Shown: positions 37,714 through 47,354, counted from the stretch's first letter. The stretch is 64,000 nt of DNA from an uncultured Rikenellaceae bacterium (GCA_964514725.1 CAZEUL010000004.1:66881-130880), one strand, 5' to 3'. Program-made: numbers and translations. Notes: a model not told the origin generated them from the letters alone.

Positions 37714-40407
37714 ATGAAAAGAGCTGCTGTTTTAATTCTCCTGCTGCTGGTACCCATCTTTCTTGCTAATCTGTTCCCCAGGAATAATGATGAGCTTAAA
37801 AGCATTATCGTCAAATGGAATGATGAAAAAGCCAGCGGAAATATCAGAGTTTTAAACGGTAAACTTACCGGTCTTTCAATTCTTGAAGGTAAGGGAAAGA
37901 CAAATTATGACAGCTACCTTTTCAGTTCGGCCGGTCCAAACTCACTCAATATCAAACTTGATGAGATAAAAACCGATCCGGGGAGCAACCCTACGCTGAT
38001 TTCAGTTACAAACGGAGAACACTCATTTTCATTTTTCCTTCGCGATGTTTCCTGTGAGTATCCTATTTATATTCCGGAGTACAATGTTATAATCAGCATA
38101 AGCAGCGATAAAAGGACATATAAGCAGATTGAAAGTGAGATACTAAGCAGAAAAACCACAACAAAAACAGATAGGATTGAAAATGAAATTGAAGAGTCAT
38201 TTGATTCGGCAGCTGTCCATACCCGAAATCAAAAATGCCCTATCCTGTTAGGTATCGGTCGCGATGTAAGGGTCTTTGAACTCGGAATCCCTGGAGAAAT
38301 GGAAATGATCTCTCCAAAAATGTGTTCTTCTGATCTAAACCTGCCTGAGATGAATAATACCTCTGCCGATTATTGCTTTCTTGCCGGAAGGGGACAGGGT
38401 GTTGTACAGGAGGAAAAACGATGGCTAGATGAGGACATAATCCCTGTTTATCATAAAATGATAAAAGATGATGATATCCTATACTCTATAACTGCTTTTG
38501 CATCACTTGAATCATCTCTGCTTACTGGAAAAGAAAAATATGGATCTCACTTTTTAGTTGCCGACAACTACAGTTACGGGCATACATTCACTGAAAAGCA
38601 GAAATCAGAATTGGAAGTTCTTCTAAAAGAAGAGTCGGACAAGCCAGAGGAAGCAGTCCTTTTCCTGAAAACCGAAGCTGTAAACTTATCATCGGTACCA
38701 TGTTATGCATATTTCAGGACCTTAAGACCTGGCTCAGGCTGGTGGGAAAAATACAATTACCTGTACGACAACAAAACAGGTTTGTCATCATATTCTTCCG
38801 ACAGGGTCTTTGGAATTTCCAAACTTAATGGCCATCCATTACCTGATGAAGAAATTTCAGTTTTGCTCAGACCTGGAGAAAAGGCAGTATTTGAGTTTTT
38901 CCTCCCTCACAAGCCAATTTCAAAGGAGAGGGCAGTCAAATTATCGGCCCAGTCATTTGAAAGCAGACTTGCAGATTGCAGGGAGTTTTGGAAAACTAAG
39001 CTTTTAAATACAGCTCAGTTAAATCTTCCTGAAAACAGAATCAATGAAATGGTAAAGGCAGGTCTGCTTCATCTTGACCTGGTTACCTACGGACTTGAGC
39101 CGGATGGTATCCTTGCAGCATGCCCTGGAGTTTATTCTCCGATAGGAAGCGAATCTTCTCCTATTATCCAGTTTTTCTGCTCAATGGGGTTATTTGACCA
39201 GGCAAAAAGATCCTTGAGATTCTTCCTTGAAAAACAGTATGATGACGGTATGATCAGCAGTTTCGGGGGCTATATGATTGAAACAGGAGCCGTCCTTTAC
39301 ACTATTGGAGAGTACTTCCGCTATACCCGCGATACAACATGGATTAAAAGTATAAATGAAAAACTTATAAAGTCTTGCGATTATCTGATAAACTGGCGGA
39401 ATCGCAGCAAAAAGCCCGACCTGATCGGCAGGGGTTATGGTATGATAGACGGGAAAGTGGCTGATCCCAATGATCCTTATCATCAGTTCATGCTCAATGG
39501 CTACGGATATCTCGGTTTGAAAAGAATGGCTGAAGTTTTTGGATATATTGATGAGGCTGTTTCAAAAAAATATAATTCTGAAGCCGATGCCTGGAGAAAA
39601 GATATCCGCGAATCATTTTTCAAGGCTATGGGTGGCTCGCCTGTCGTTCCTGCAGGAGATGGCACCTGGTGTCCGACTGTTCCGCCATGGACTGAAGCAA
39701 AAGCCCCAAGATTACTTTATTTCACACCTGAAACATTTTTATCACATGGAACATTTACAGTCTCGGATGTACTTCTGGGACCTCTTTATCTTATATTCTG
39801 TGAGGTTCTTGACCCTATGGAGCCTGTATCCAAATTTTTGATGAAATATCACAGTGAACTGTTTTATCAGCGTAATGCAGCTTTCAGTCAACCCTATTAC
39901 AGCAGGCATAATTTTGTTCAGCTGAAACAGGAAAAGATCAAGCCATTTCTTAAAACATATTATAATACCGTAGCAGCCCTGGCTGACAGGGAAACCTATA
40001 CCTTCTGGGAACACCTTTATCATGTAAGTATCCATAAAACCCACGAAGAAGCATGGTTTCTGATGGAAACCAGATGGATGATTTATATGGAGGAAGGAGA
40101 AACCCTTAAACTTCTTTCAGGTGTGCCAAGGAATTGGCTTCAGAATGCTAAAACAATTGAAATAAATAATGCGGCCAGTTATTTTGGACCAGTTTCATTC
40201 ATAGTAAAATCAGAGCTGAACCGGGGAATTATTTCTGCAAAAATAAAATGCAATTCAACCCGTATGCCGAAACAGGTAATAATCAGGATACCTCATCCTG
40301 AAAATAAAAACCCTGTTAAAATCACTGGCGGCACTTTTAACAAAGCAAAGGAAACCGTGACAATAAATAATTTTACCGGCACTGCAGATATCACGATTGA
40401 ATATTAA
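37714..40407 (+). CDS. hypothetical 897-aa secreted protein; possible (alpha/alpha)6 six-hairpin glycoside-hydrolase-like core
   Basis: Has a signal peptide. The central region (DGILAACPGVYSPIGSESSPIIQFF...DDGMISSFGGYMIETGAVLYTIGEYFRYTRDTTWIK...LINWRN...GYGMIDGKVADPNDPYHQFMLNGYGYLGL) has the helix-rich, aromatic/acidic pattern of toroidal glycosidases. I cannot assign a family. Confidence 0.4.
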   Translation: MKRAAVLILLLLVPIFLANLFPRNNDELKSIIVKWNDEKASGNIRVLNGKLTGLSILEGKGKTNYDSYLFSSAGPNSLNIKLDEIKTDPGSNPTLISVTNGEHSFSFFLRDVSCEYPIYIPEYNVIISISSDKRTYKQIESEILSRKTTTKTDRIENEIEESFDSAAVHTRNQKCPILLGIGRDVRVFELGIPGEMEMISPKMCSSDLNLPEMNNTSADYCFLAGRGQGVVQEEKRWLDEDIIPVYHKMIKDDDILYSITAFASLESSLLTGKEKYGSHFLVADNYSYGHTFTEKQKSELEVLLKEESDKPEEAVLFLKTEAVNLSSVPCYAYFRTLRPGSGWWEKYNYLYDNKTGLSSYSSDRVFGISKLNGHPLPDEEISVLLRPGEKAVFEFFLPHKPISKERAVKLSAQSFESRLADCREFWKTKLLNTAQLNLPENRINEMVKAGLLHLDLVTYGLEPDGILAACPGVYSPIGSESSPIIQFFCSMGLFDQAKRSLRFFLEKQYDDGMISSFGGYMIETGAVLYTIGEYFRYTRDTTWIKSINEKLIKSCDYLINWRNRSKKPDLIGRGYGMIDGKVADPNDPYHQFMLNGYGYLGLKRMAEVFGYIDEAVSKKYNSEADAWRKDIRESFFKAMGGSPVVPAGDGTWCPTVPPWTEAKAPRLLYFTPETFLSHGTFTVSDVLLGPLYLIFCEVLDPMEPVSKFLMKYHSELFYQRNAAFSQPYYSRHNFVQLKQEKIKPFLKTYYNTVAALADRETYTFWEHLYHVSIHKTHEEAWFLMETRWMIYMEEGETLKLLSGVPRNWLQNAKTIEINNAASYFGPVSFIVKSELNRGIISAKIKCNSTRMPKQVIIRIPHPENKNPVKITGGTFNKAKETVTINNFTGTADITIEY

Positions 40408-40674
40408 GTTAGTTAATCCTGCTTATCCTGAAAATCTTTGTAATATCCACCGAATCTTTTTGACTGTATCAGTAATAAGTTTCCAGATTACAGGTCGAAC
40501 GTAAATGCATCCCTGATGAGCTCCTGGCTCTTAGGAACTGCAACTGGTTTTTCTTTTTAATTTAATACTAATTCCCGAATAAAATTGAAATCAACCGATA
40601 ATCGGTCTGTCTTCCGAACAAAATTCATTTTTCTCTTCTAATTTGGATTAACGAATAATTATTTAATCTGCCTT

Positions 40675-40842
40675 ATGAAAAAAATGAATCCGGTTGTGCA
40701 TTTTGAGTTACCTGCCTATGGCAGCGACAGGATGGCCGATTTCTATGCAAAAGCCTTTGGATGCCAGGCTAATAAACTGGGATCCGAGATGGGCTTTTAT
40801 GCCTTGGTTTTAATATTGATTAAGTTAATTATATCAAAATGA
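40675..40842 (+). pseudogene. truncated VOC/glyoxalase-family gene fragment
   Basis: Manual translation gives MKKMNPVVHFELPAYGSDRMADFYAKAFGCQANKLGSEMGFYALV, the usual N-terminus of roughly 130-140-aa VOC proteins. It then runs into an AT-rich repeat and stops after about 55 codons. Confidence 0.5.
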
Positions 40843-40900
40843 TATCATAATTATATCTTTTTGATATAAAATTTATTCAATATGATATCATTTAGATATC
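40831..40900. repeat. cluster of six GATATC/ATATC half-site repeats
   Basis: ATATCaaaaTGATATCataattATATCtttttGATATaaa...tatGATATCatttaGATATCag. Several copies are arranged as short inverted pairs. The cluster begins where the VOC homology breaks off. Confidence 0.6.
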
Positions 40901-40957
40901 AGATCAATTAAAAATATTATTATCCGCTTTATACGATTAGACCACCAGACCATCAGA

Positions 40958-42313
40958 CTAATTAAACATTGGCTTCCCCATACAGCAGTGTTTAAATTTC
41001 TTTCCCGATCCGCAGGGGCACGGATCATTCCTTCCAGGTATTGAAGGTTTTATCACCTGGTTATCTTTGTTTCTTATCCATTGCATAACATTTGCAGGAG
41101 GCCGTTTATTTTTAAGCTCATTCGCCATGAACTCCATATATGGTTCAACATGCTTAAAGAAAAGTTTGTAACCTTTGCACAGGTAATTTAAACCCGGTTT
41201 ACCGTCAGGAGTCAGGATAAATCTGTGTTTCGGGCATTCGCCATGGCAGGCATACCTGACATCGCATCTGAGGCAAAAGGCTGGCAATTTGTTTCTTTTA
41301 TCTATGCCAAAATCAAATTGTTTTTGTGATTTAACAAGATCGATCAGATAGGTTTCCGAAATATTGCCAAGATAATAATCGGGATAAACAAAATGATCGC
41401 ATGAGAACAGGTCTCCATTATGCTCCATTACCAGGGCATCGCCGCAGGTATCATTGAAAACACACAAGCCGGGGTTCTCACCCACATAATTTGCAAGTGT
41501 TGCATCGAATATCTGGACAAAGTATCTTGACACATCATTCCTTACCCACTCATCAAATATCGTTATGAGGAATCTGCCATACTCTTCAGGATCGACAGAC
41601 CAATGCGTAACTGCTGCCTTTCCGGGAAATGAAGGATTAACCAGCTCCAATTCGCCAGAACCTTTATTACCAATGCTTCTCTCAGCCACCGGAAGGAACT
41701 GGATAAAACCGCTCCCGATTTTTTTAAGGAACCTGTAAGTTTCTTTGGAATAATGTACATTATAATCATTAACCACGCTGAGGGTGTTGAATTCAACTTT
41801 GTTCTTATGAAGAAGTTCAATTCCTTTCATTACTCTCCTGAATGTTGCTGCACCTGAAACAGTCTTTCTGTAATGATCATGATTATGTTCTTCTCCATCG
41901 ATTGATATTCCGACAAGTATATCATTGTCAGTGAAAAACTTACACCAGTCATCGTTCAAGAGTATTCCGTTTGTCTGAAAAGCATTTTCAATTTTCCTGT
42001 CTCCTGAATATTTTTTCTGCAGATCGATGGCTTTGCGGTAAAAATCAAGGCCGAGAAGCGTCGGCTCACCGCCCTGCCAGGTAAATGTTACTATCGGAAC
42101 TTCATGGGCCTCAATGAATTGTCTGGTAAAAGTTTCAAGAATATCCTCACTCATTCTGAATTGCTTCGTATTCGGATATAGCTTCCTTTTTTCAAGATAG
42201 TAACAATATGTACAATTCAGATTACATATTGGTCCCGATGGTTTTAGCATAACGTGAAAAGCATTCGGGCGCCGAAGCTTAAGTGCATCTGTGAAAAGAA
42301 GATTTGCTTTCAT
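40958..42313 (-). CDS. anaerobic sulfatase-maturating enzyme (radical SAM/SPASM, anSME) with a C-terminal SEC-C-type tail
   Basis: The radical-SAM motif is CNLNCTYCYY and the SPASM motif is CLRCDVRYACHGECP (Cx2Cx5Cx3C). GGEPTL is present. The C-terminal tail is DPCPCGSGKKFKHCC. The start is trimmed to MKANLLF (ATG at 42313); the track starts at 42385. Confidence 0.9.
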   Translation of the reverse strand: MKANLLFTDALKLRRPNAFHVMLKPSGPICNLNCTYCYYLEKRKLYPNTKQFRMSEDILETFTRQFIEAHEVPIVTFTWQGGEPTLLGLDFYRKAIDLQKKYSGDRKIENAFQTNGILLNDDWCKFFTDNDILVGISIDGEEHNHDHYRKTVSGAATFRRVMKGIELLHKNKVEFNTLSVVNDYNVHYSKETYRFLKKIGSGFIQFLPVAERSIGNKGSGELELVNPSFPGKAAVTHWSVDPEEYGRFLITIFDEWVRNDVSRYFVQIFDATLANYVGENPGLCVFNDTCGDALVMEHNGDLFSCDHFVYPDYYLGNISETYLIDLVKSQKQFDFGIDKRNKLPAFCLRCDVRYACHGECPKHRFILTPDGKPGLNYLCKGYKLFFKHVEPYMEFMANELKNKRPPANVMQWIRNKDNQVIKPSIPGRNDPCPCGSGKKFKHCCMGKPMFN

Positions 42314-42436
42314 TACTATTACACTGCCGTAAAAATAACATTTAGTTAATATAATGAATGCCTGGATAGACGGATTAATGATCAAAAATTATATCTTAGA
42401 AAATTATTCTCCGCACGTAAACTAAGGGTATAAAAT

Positions 42437-43708
42437 ATGAAAAGAAGAATATTTCTTGAAATTGCAACCATGGGATCGGCCGCAGCAGTTTCATCACTCT
42501 GGGTTCCGTCAGGGTTTAAAACCAATAAACTAAGAATAGGACTGATAGGAGCGGGTTGGTATGGTATGGTTATCACAAAAGCAGCGTTGAAGACTGGCAG
42601 TGTTGTGGTAACGGCTGTTTGTGACATTGATTCAAAGCATCTTTCGGACAGCGTGGGAGAGATCGAAAAAATACAGGGATACAGGCCGGCTGCATTTAAA
42701 TTTTACCAGGATCTTTTGGCAATGAAGGATCTTGATGTTGTTTTTATTGGTACGCCTCCGCACTGGCACGCTTTACAGTTTATTGCAGCATGTGAGAAAG
42801 GTCTTGACATTTACTGTGAAAAACCTTTGGCTTACGATATAAGGGAAGGAATTGCAATGGTGGAAGCTGCAAAAAAAGCTGGTAATATAGTCCAAATTGG
42901 ATTTCAGCGAAGGCAGAGTGATGCTTTCAGAAAAGCAAAAGATCTGATTGAATCAGGAAAAATAGGAAAAGTAAATCAGATCAGTGCCCAGATCAACTAT
43001 ATACCTGTTCCTGATGATACCACTATCCAGGACCCACCGGCATCACTCGACTGGGATGCATGGTGCGGTCCGGCTCCCAAGCTCGATTACAGACCAAGCA
43101 TTGGCCACAAATCGTGGAGGCTTGAAAAGGAATATGGTAACGGACATCTTGTTGACTGGGGTATACACCATATCGACACTATACGCTATATAATGGGAGA
43201 GGGTATGCCTTCGGAATTTTATACCTCAGGTGGAATAAACGTGTTGAAAGGTAAGATTACCACCCCGGATACTCTTGTTGCTCAGATGAAATTTTTAAAA
43301 TCTCCTGTCCTCTGGCAACACAGATTATGGGGAACAGGCGATGTAACAAAAGAATTCAACAACGGGATATTCTTTTATGGGGAGGATGGAACTATTTTTG
43401 CCGAAGATTCGAAAATTGTTCTGTTTGATAATAAAAACCTAAAGGAAGAGTATCCGATACCCACGCCGCAGATGCAGGAGAAACATGTCGGTAATTTCAT
43501 TGATGCGGTTTTAAATAAAAATAATGAAATAATCACCTGCCCTCCTGAAGATGCTTTTAAATCGACGGCTTCTGTACAGTTGGCCATGATATCATATTAT
43601 ACAGGTTCTCTTGTTAAATGGAATTACAGTTTAAAAGAAATAACAGGAAATCCAGAAGCTTCAAAACTGCTTAAAAGAGAATACAGGGCAGGTTATATTC
43701 ACCCATAA
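42437..43708 (+). CDS. Gfo/Idh/MocA-family oxidoreductase with a twin-arginine signal
   Basis: The Tat signal is MKRRIFLEIATMGSAAAVSS. The Rossmann start is IGLIGAGWYG and the EKP motif is YCEKPLA. Confidence 0.85.
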   Translation: MKRRIFLEIATMGSAAAVSSLWVPSGFKTNKLRIGLIGAGWYGMVITKAALKTGSVVVTAVCDIDSKHLSDSVGEIEKIQGYRPAAFKFYQDLLAMKDLDVVFIGTPPHWHALQFIAACEKGLDIYCEKPLAYDIREGIAMVEAAKKAGNIVQIGFQRRQSDAFRKAKDLIESGKIGKVNQISAQINYIPVPDDTTIQDPPASLDWDAWCGPAPKLDYRPSIGHKSWRLEKEYGNGHLVDWGIHHIDTIRYIMGEGMPSEFYTSGGINVLKGKITTPDTLVAQMKFLKSPVLWQHRLWGTGDVTKEFNNGIFFYGEDGTIFAEDSKIVLFDNKNLKEEYPIPTPQMQEKHVGNFIDAVLNKNNEIITCPPEDAFKSTASVQLAMISYYTGSLVKWNYSLKEITGNPEASKLLKREYRAGYIHP

Positions 43709-43725
43709 CAAAGTATATCTGATTA

Positions 43726-45261
43726 TCATCCGAGTAATTCTCTTTTCCTTCCCGAGAGATCAGAAAGGGTTTTGATGCATATATTAACATCATTTACCAC
43801 CTGAAAATCGAACATTCCGACGCAGATAAAATCAGCGCCATTATCGAATGCCCATTTAAAACCGTCTTCAGGCTTAATAGCACCTGCGGCAAGCACTTTG
43901 AAAGCCATTACGGGGATTTTGGATTTATTTACAAATTCTGCAGTCCTTTCCGGGTATAGGCAGAAGAGATTATCATGAAATCTGTTATGATCAGGGCTCT
44001 TATTTCCGTCAACTTCAAACGGTATCCTGTTCTCACGCGGATGTGCCGACCAGTAATTATCATGGTGCATGGTCTTCATGTAATAATCGGGAATTATTCC
44101 CTTCTGTTCACAGGAAATAAGTGAATCAATTGTGTGGGCTCCAAGGCCGGCTGTATAACCCTGACTCCTTATTTTCTCCAGCATCATGGCAATAATTTCC
44201 GACTTATTGTCGCGTGTGAGCCAGTCACACCAATTCCCCTGAACCTGCAAAATGTCGGCACCAAAATCTATTGCTTTATTAATCTGTTCAAAATAGTCAC
44301 CCTTTTCCATGTTTGGAGCTACCTGTGAAATTACAGTTATTTTGCTGCCGGTCATCCTTTTATATTTGGCCATAAGGGCATTTGTGGGGAACCCGATGTT
44401 TATTGCATTTATTCCCGACTTTTCCGCAATCATTAAAGTCTCATAAATTTTTTTCTCAGTATTATAAGCCTTGAAAAGGTCAGGAACATACAGAAGATCA
44501 CGGGAATGAGCCCAGCCTCCTATAAGGTTGCCACCCAGGACAAGCCTGCTGATTTCATGATTACCGATCTTTCCTTTTGGAAGAACACCTTTAAGGTCAC
44601 TTAAGGCAGCCTTATTGAGCTGAATAGTTGCACCCGACATAACATCCAAGCCATATTTCCTGTTGTTTTCTACAGCCCACCATCCCATAAGGCCAAGAAC
44701 AGGCAAAGAAGCTAGGTTTTTGACCATCTCACGACGGGAATTTGACTGAACAGGCTCACTTCCTGCCTCGGCACCGGTATCAGTTTTGATTCTATAAAAG
44801 GATTTGAGATGTGCATCCAATCCGAATCCTTTCTCTCTGAAAAAAAGAATGAAAAGTAGTGCCATGCACTCGATGAAATTCTTATCAACAATGAAAAGAT
44901 GTCCTTCACTTGCCGAGAACAATGAATCGCCTAAAGGAGGATATGCAAAATAATAAAGTGCAAGCAGCAATGAACCAGAGGCAGCTGCAAGCCTTGTAAA
45001 AATTCCGGTAAAAAGGGCAAGTCCGATCAATATAAGTCCATAAACATTAAGAAGATCAACAACTTTAAGTAATCCTGCTGAATTTGCTATCCAATGGTAA
45101 AAACCTGACAGCGGCCCTGTTGAATTGGCCAGATATGAGTATGAAGTCCAGTTATCAACAAGCACCTTTGAAATTCCTTCATAAAGGAAATGCCAGCCGA
45201 TAGCCATTCTTAACAATGTTAATAATACCTTGGTGAAATTTGTCTTTAAAGTGATTTTCAT
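43726..45261 (-). CDS. fusion protein: N-terminal DoxX-family membrane domain plus a C-terminal uncharacterised (TIM-barrel-like?) domain
   Basis: The N-terminus LLTLLRMAIGWHFLYEGISKV with four helices is the DoxX pattern. Residues about 174-197 (NSRREMVKNLASLPVLGLMGWWAV) look like an internalised Tat signal or fifth TM. The C-terminal domain of about 310 aa is paralogous to ORF 46362-47306. Confidence 0.7.
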   Translation of the reverse strand: MKITLKTNFTKVLLTLLRMAIGWHFLYEGISKVLVDNWTSYSYLANSTGPLSGFYHWIANSAGLLKVVDLLNVYGLILIGLALFTGIFTRLAAASGSLLLALYYFAYPPLGDSLFSASEGHLFIVDKNFIECMALLFILFFREKGFGLDAHLKSFYRIKTDTGAEAGSEPVQSNSRREMVKNLASLPVLGLMGWWAVENNRKYGLDVMSGATIQLNKAALSDLKGVLPKGKIGNHEISRLVLGGNLIGGWAHSRDLLYVPDLFKAYNTEKKIYETLMIAEKSGINAINIGFPTNALMAKYKRMTGSKITVISQVAPNMEKGDYFEQINKAIDFGADILQVQGNWCDWLTRDNKSEIIAMMLEKIRSQGYTAGLGAHTIDSLISCEQKGIIPDYYMKTMHHDNYWSAHPRENRIPFEVDGNKSPDHNRFHDNLFCLYPERTAEFVNKSKIPVMAFKVLAAGAIKPEDGFKWAFDNGADFICVGMFDFQVVNDVNICIKTLSDLSGRKRELLG

Positions 45262-45473
45262 ATCTTTCTTTTAATTGTTACAGTTTATAAAACAAACGAT
45301 TTATTTGCAATAATATTTAATTTATCATGACAACCTTTTAACAGGTGATAAATATCTTTCAAAACAAGCAGTGAATTGATTATTTTCAGAAATAAAAACC
45401 AGTACAAATATTTCCCGATATAGTGTCTGCAAAGGTAGTATGACAGGTAAGGTCAAGAATAAGTATCAATTTT

Positions 45474-46178
45474 TCATGGTCGGGAATTTGAAAGAGAGCT
45501 CAAATATTCGGCCAGTTTTAGAAGATCCTCACGCGATTCGAAACTGATCCTGTTCTTTTTAATAAAATCTTTTACATCTACTTCTTTTCCAGGCAGCAAC
45601 TGTATGGCGTTCTTCCTGATATATGGTATAAAACGGCCATCAGATGATAAAAGGAAATACTCCGATGTCTTCTGAAACACCCAGTCTGCATCAGGTACCA
45701 ACTCATATACATTTCCACCTAAAGGGGCTCGGGTATATTGGTCGACCGAGCTGCCTCGTGCAGTTGTTCCTAAGGCTCCCTTTTTGAGTATGTCCTTTAA
45801 TGCAATTGTCTCCTTAACGAATACTTTTGGATTGCCGCTTCTGATTTGTTCAAGATAGCCATTATTGAAATAAAAAGTATCTTGAGCTATTGTCATGAAT
45901 TTTATGTCTTTTTTGTTTAAAATCGTAAGTGTGTCTTTTGACCTGATAAAATCCATTTCTCCAAGCAAAAAATTGTAATTGAACCTGTCATGTATAATGG
46001 TCCCATTTTTAAGATAGCCGGACCCATCAGTAAACTGAGCATAACGATACCTGATTGAAGGGGGGAAACAGCTTTTAACTGTCATTCCGGCTTTAACTGT
46101 GATCAACTCATTCTTCTGAGCAGTTATTGAGAAAGTTAATAATAAAACTAACAATGACAGTATCAGTAATTTCTTCAT
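45474..46178 (-). CDS. hypothetical secreted protein
   Basis: 234-aa ORF with the signal peptide MKKLLILSLLVLLLTFSITAQ. I recognise no motifs. Confidence 0.5.
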   Translation of the reverse strand: MKKLLILSLLVLLLTFSITAQKNELITVKAGMTVKSCFPPSIRYRYAQFTDGSGYLKNGTIIHDRFNYNFLLGEMDFIRSKDTLTILNKKDIKFMTIAQDTFYFNNGYLEQIRSGNPKVFVKETIALKDILKKGALGTTARGSSVDQYTRAPLGGNVYELVPDADWVFQKTSEYFLLSSDGRFIPYIRKNAIQLLPGKEVDVKDFIKKNRISFESREDLLKLAEYLSSLSNSRP

Positions 46179-46361
46179 AACACAGGATATTGGTTAGCAT
46201 TGGTAAAACTCTCATTGCCTTGGAATAAGGAATAAAAATAATAAAAAACATTCATATATCTTAAGATTATTCCTAAGTGAGGATGAAAAGTAACAATAGT
46301 TCGTGACAAAGTATTATATTAAACGAAATTTTAGATACCAGTTTTATTAAAAAACACCAGA

Positions 46362-47306
46362 ATGAAACCAACTGATTCAAATCCAGGACAAACCGGGCGG
46401 AGACAATTCCTATCACGGATATGTATGGCAGCTGCTGCAGGGATAATTTACCGAGTTGATTCAATTGGCAGATCTGATGAAAATCATTTCAGTTCAGCAA
46501 CTGCAGTCCAGAATTCAATGCCTACCATCAAACTTGGCAATCATGTTATAAGCCGGCTTATTTGCGGATCAAATCCGCTACTCGGATATTCCTATCTCGG
46601 TACTCACACTGACAGGCAAATGAAGGAATATTTTACAGTCGAAAGGATTGTGGATTTTCTCGGCAAATGCGAGAAAGCAGGAATTACTGCACACCAGTCA
46701 TCAAGCAGATCAGATTACTTTGAATCATTGTGGGAAAGCGGATCCAAGCTAAAAATCATAAGTCTTCAATCGGAACGTGAAAAAATAACAGAGACGGTCA
46801 ATTCAGCAAAACCAATAGCCATAGTGCATCATGGTGGAGTAAGTGATCGTTTATTTGCAGAGGGGAAGCAACAGGTCGTGCACGATTTTGTTAAGGCAGT
46901 CAAAGATCAGGGAATCTTGGCTGGTGTATCAGCGCATAATCCGGACGTAATTAAAAAGATTGCAGACGCCGGCTGGAATGTTGATTTTTTCATGGCATGC
47001 TTTTACAATCTCACGCGCAGCCATGGGAAAGAAGATCCTGTATTGGCTTTACCCTATGGCAGCTATCAGTTTTTGAAAGATGATCCCAAAATTATGACAA
47101 GCGTAATACGACAGGTCAAACAGCCATGTCTGGGTTTTAAAATTTTGGGGGCGGGCAGAATGTGTTCCAACCAGGAAGACGTTGAAGCAGCATTCAAATT
47201 TGCATTTGAAAATATAAAACCGACAGATGGTGTGATAGTCGGTATGTTTCCATGGTTTTTCGATGAGATCAGTGCAAATGTTAAATATACCGGGAAGCTT
47301 GGGTAA
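46362..47306 (+). CDS. Tat-signal protein of unknown function, paralogous to the C-domain of the DoxX fusion
   Basis: The Tat motif is TGRRQFLSRICMAAAAGI. Blocks shared with 43726-45261 are GNHVISRLICGSN / GNHEISRLVLGGN, GVSAHNPD / GLGAHTID, LGFKILGAG / MAFKVLAAG and FKFAFEN...GVIVGMF / FKWAFDNGADFICVGMF. Confidence 0.65.
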   Translation: MKPTDSNPGQTGRRQFLSRICMAAAAGIIYRVDSIGRSDENHFSSATAVQNSMPTIKLGNHVISRLICGSNPLLGYSYLGTHTDRQMKEYFTVERIVDFLGKCEKAGITAHQSSSRSDYFESLWESGSKLKIISLQSEREKITETVNSAKPIAIVHHGGVSDRLFAEGKQQVVHDFVKAVKDQGILAGVSAHNPDVIKKIADAGWNVDFFMACFYNLTRSHGKEDPVLALPYGSYQFLKDDPKIMTSVIRQVKQPCLGFKILGAGRMCSNQEDVEAAFKFAFENIKPTDGVIVGMFPWFFDEISANVKYTGKLG

Positions 47307-47354
47307 CAAAAGCATTATTGAAAATCTCTTTTACGCATAATAATTGTTTTTTAT

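Noticed and set aside
40513-40520. CTGATGAG string resembling the hammerhead ribozyme core
   Set aside because: No stem II can be formed once the core nucleotides are reserved. No GAAA element or stems I/III are in register. It is judged a chance octamer.
42382-42627. 81-aa minus-strand ORF overlapping the start of the Gfo/Idh/MocA gene
   Set aside because: It is antisense to a well-supported Tat-signal oxidoreductase N-terminus and lies in the divergent promoter region. It has no motifs.
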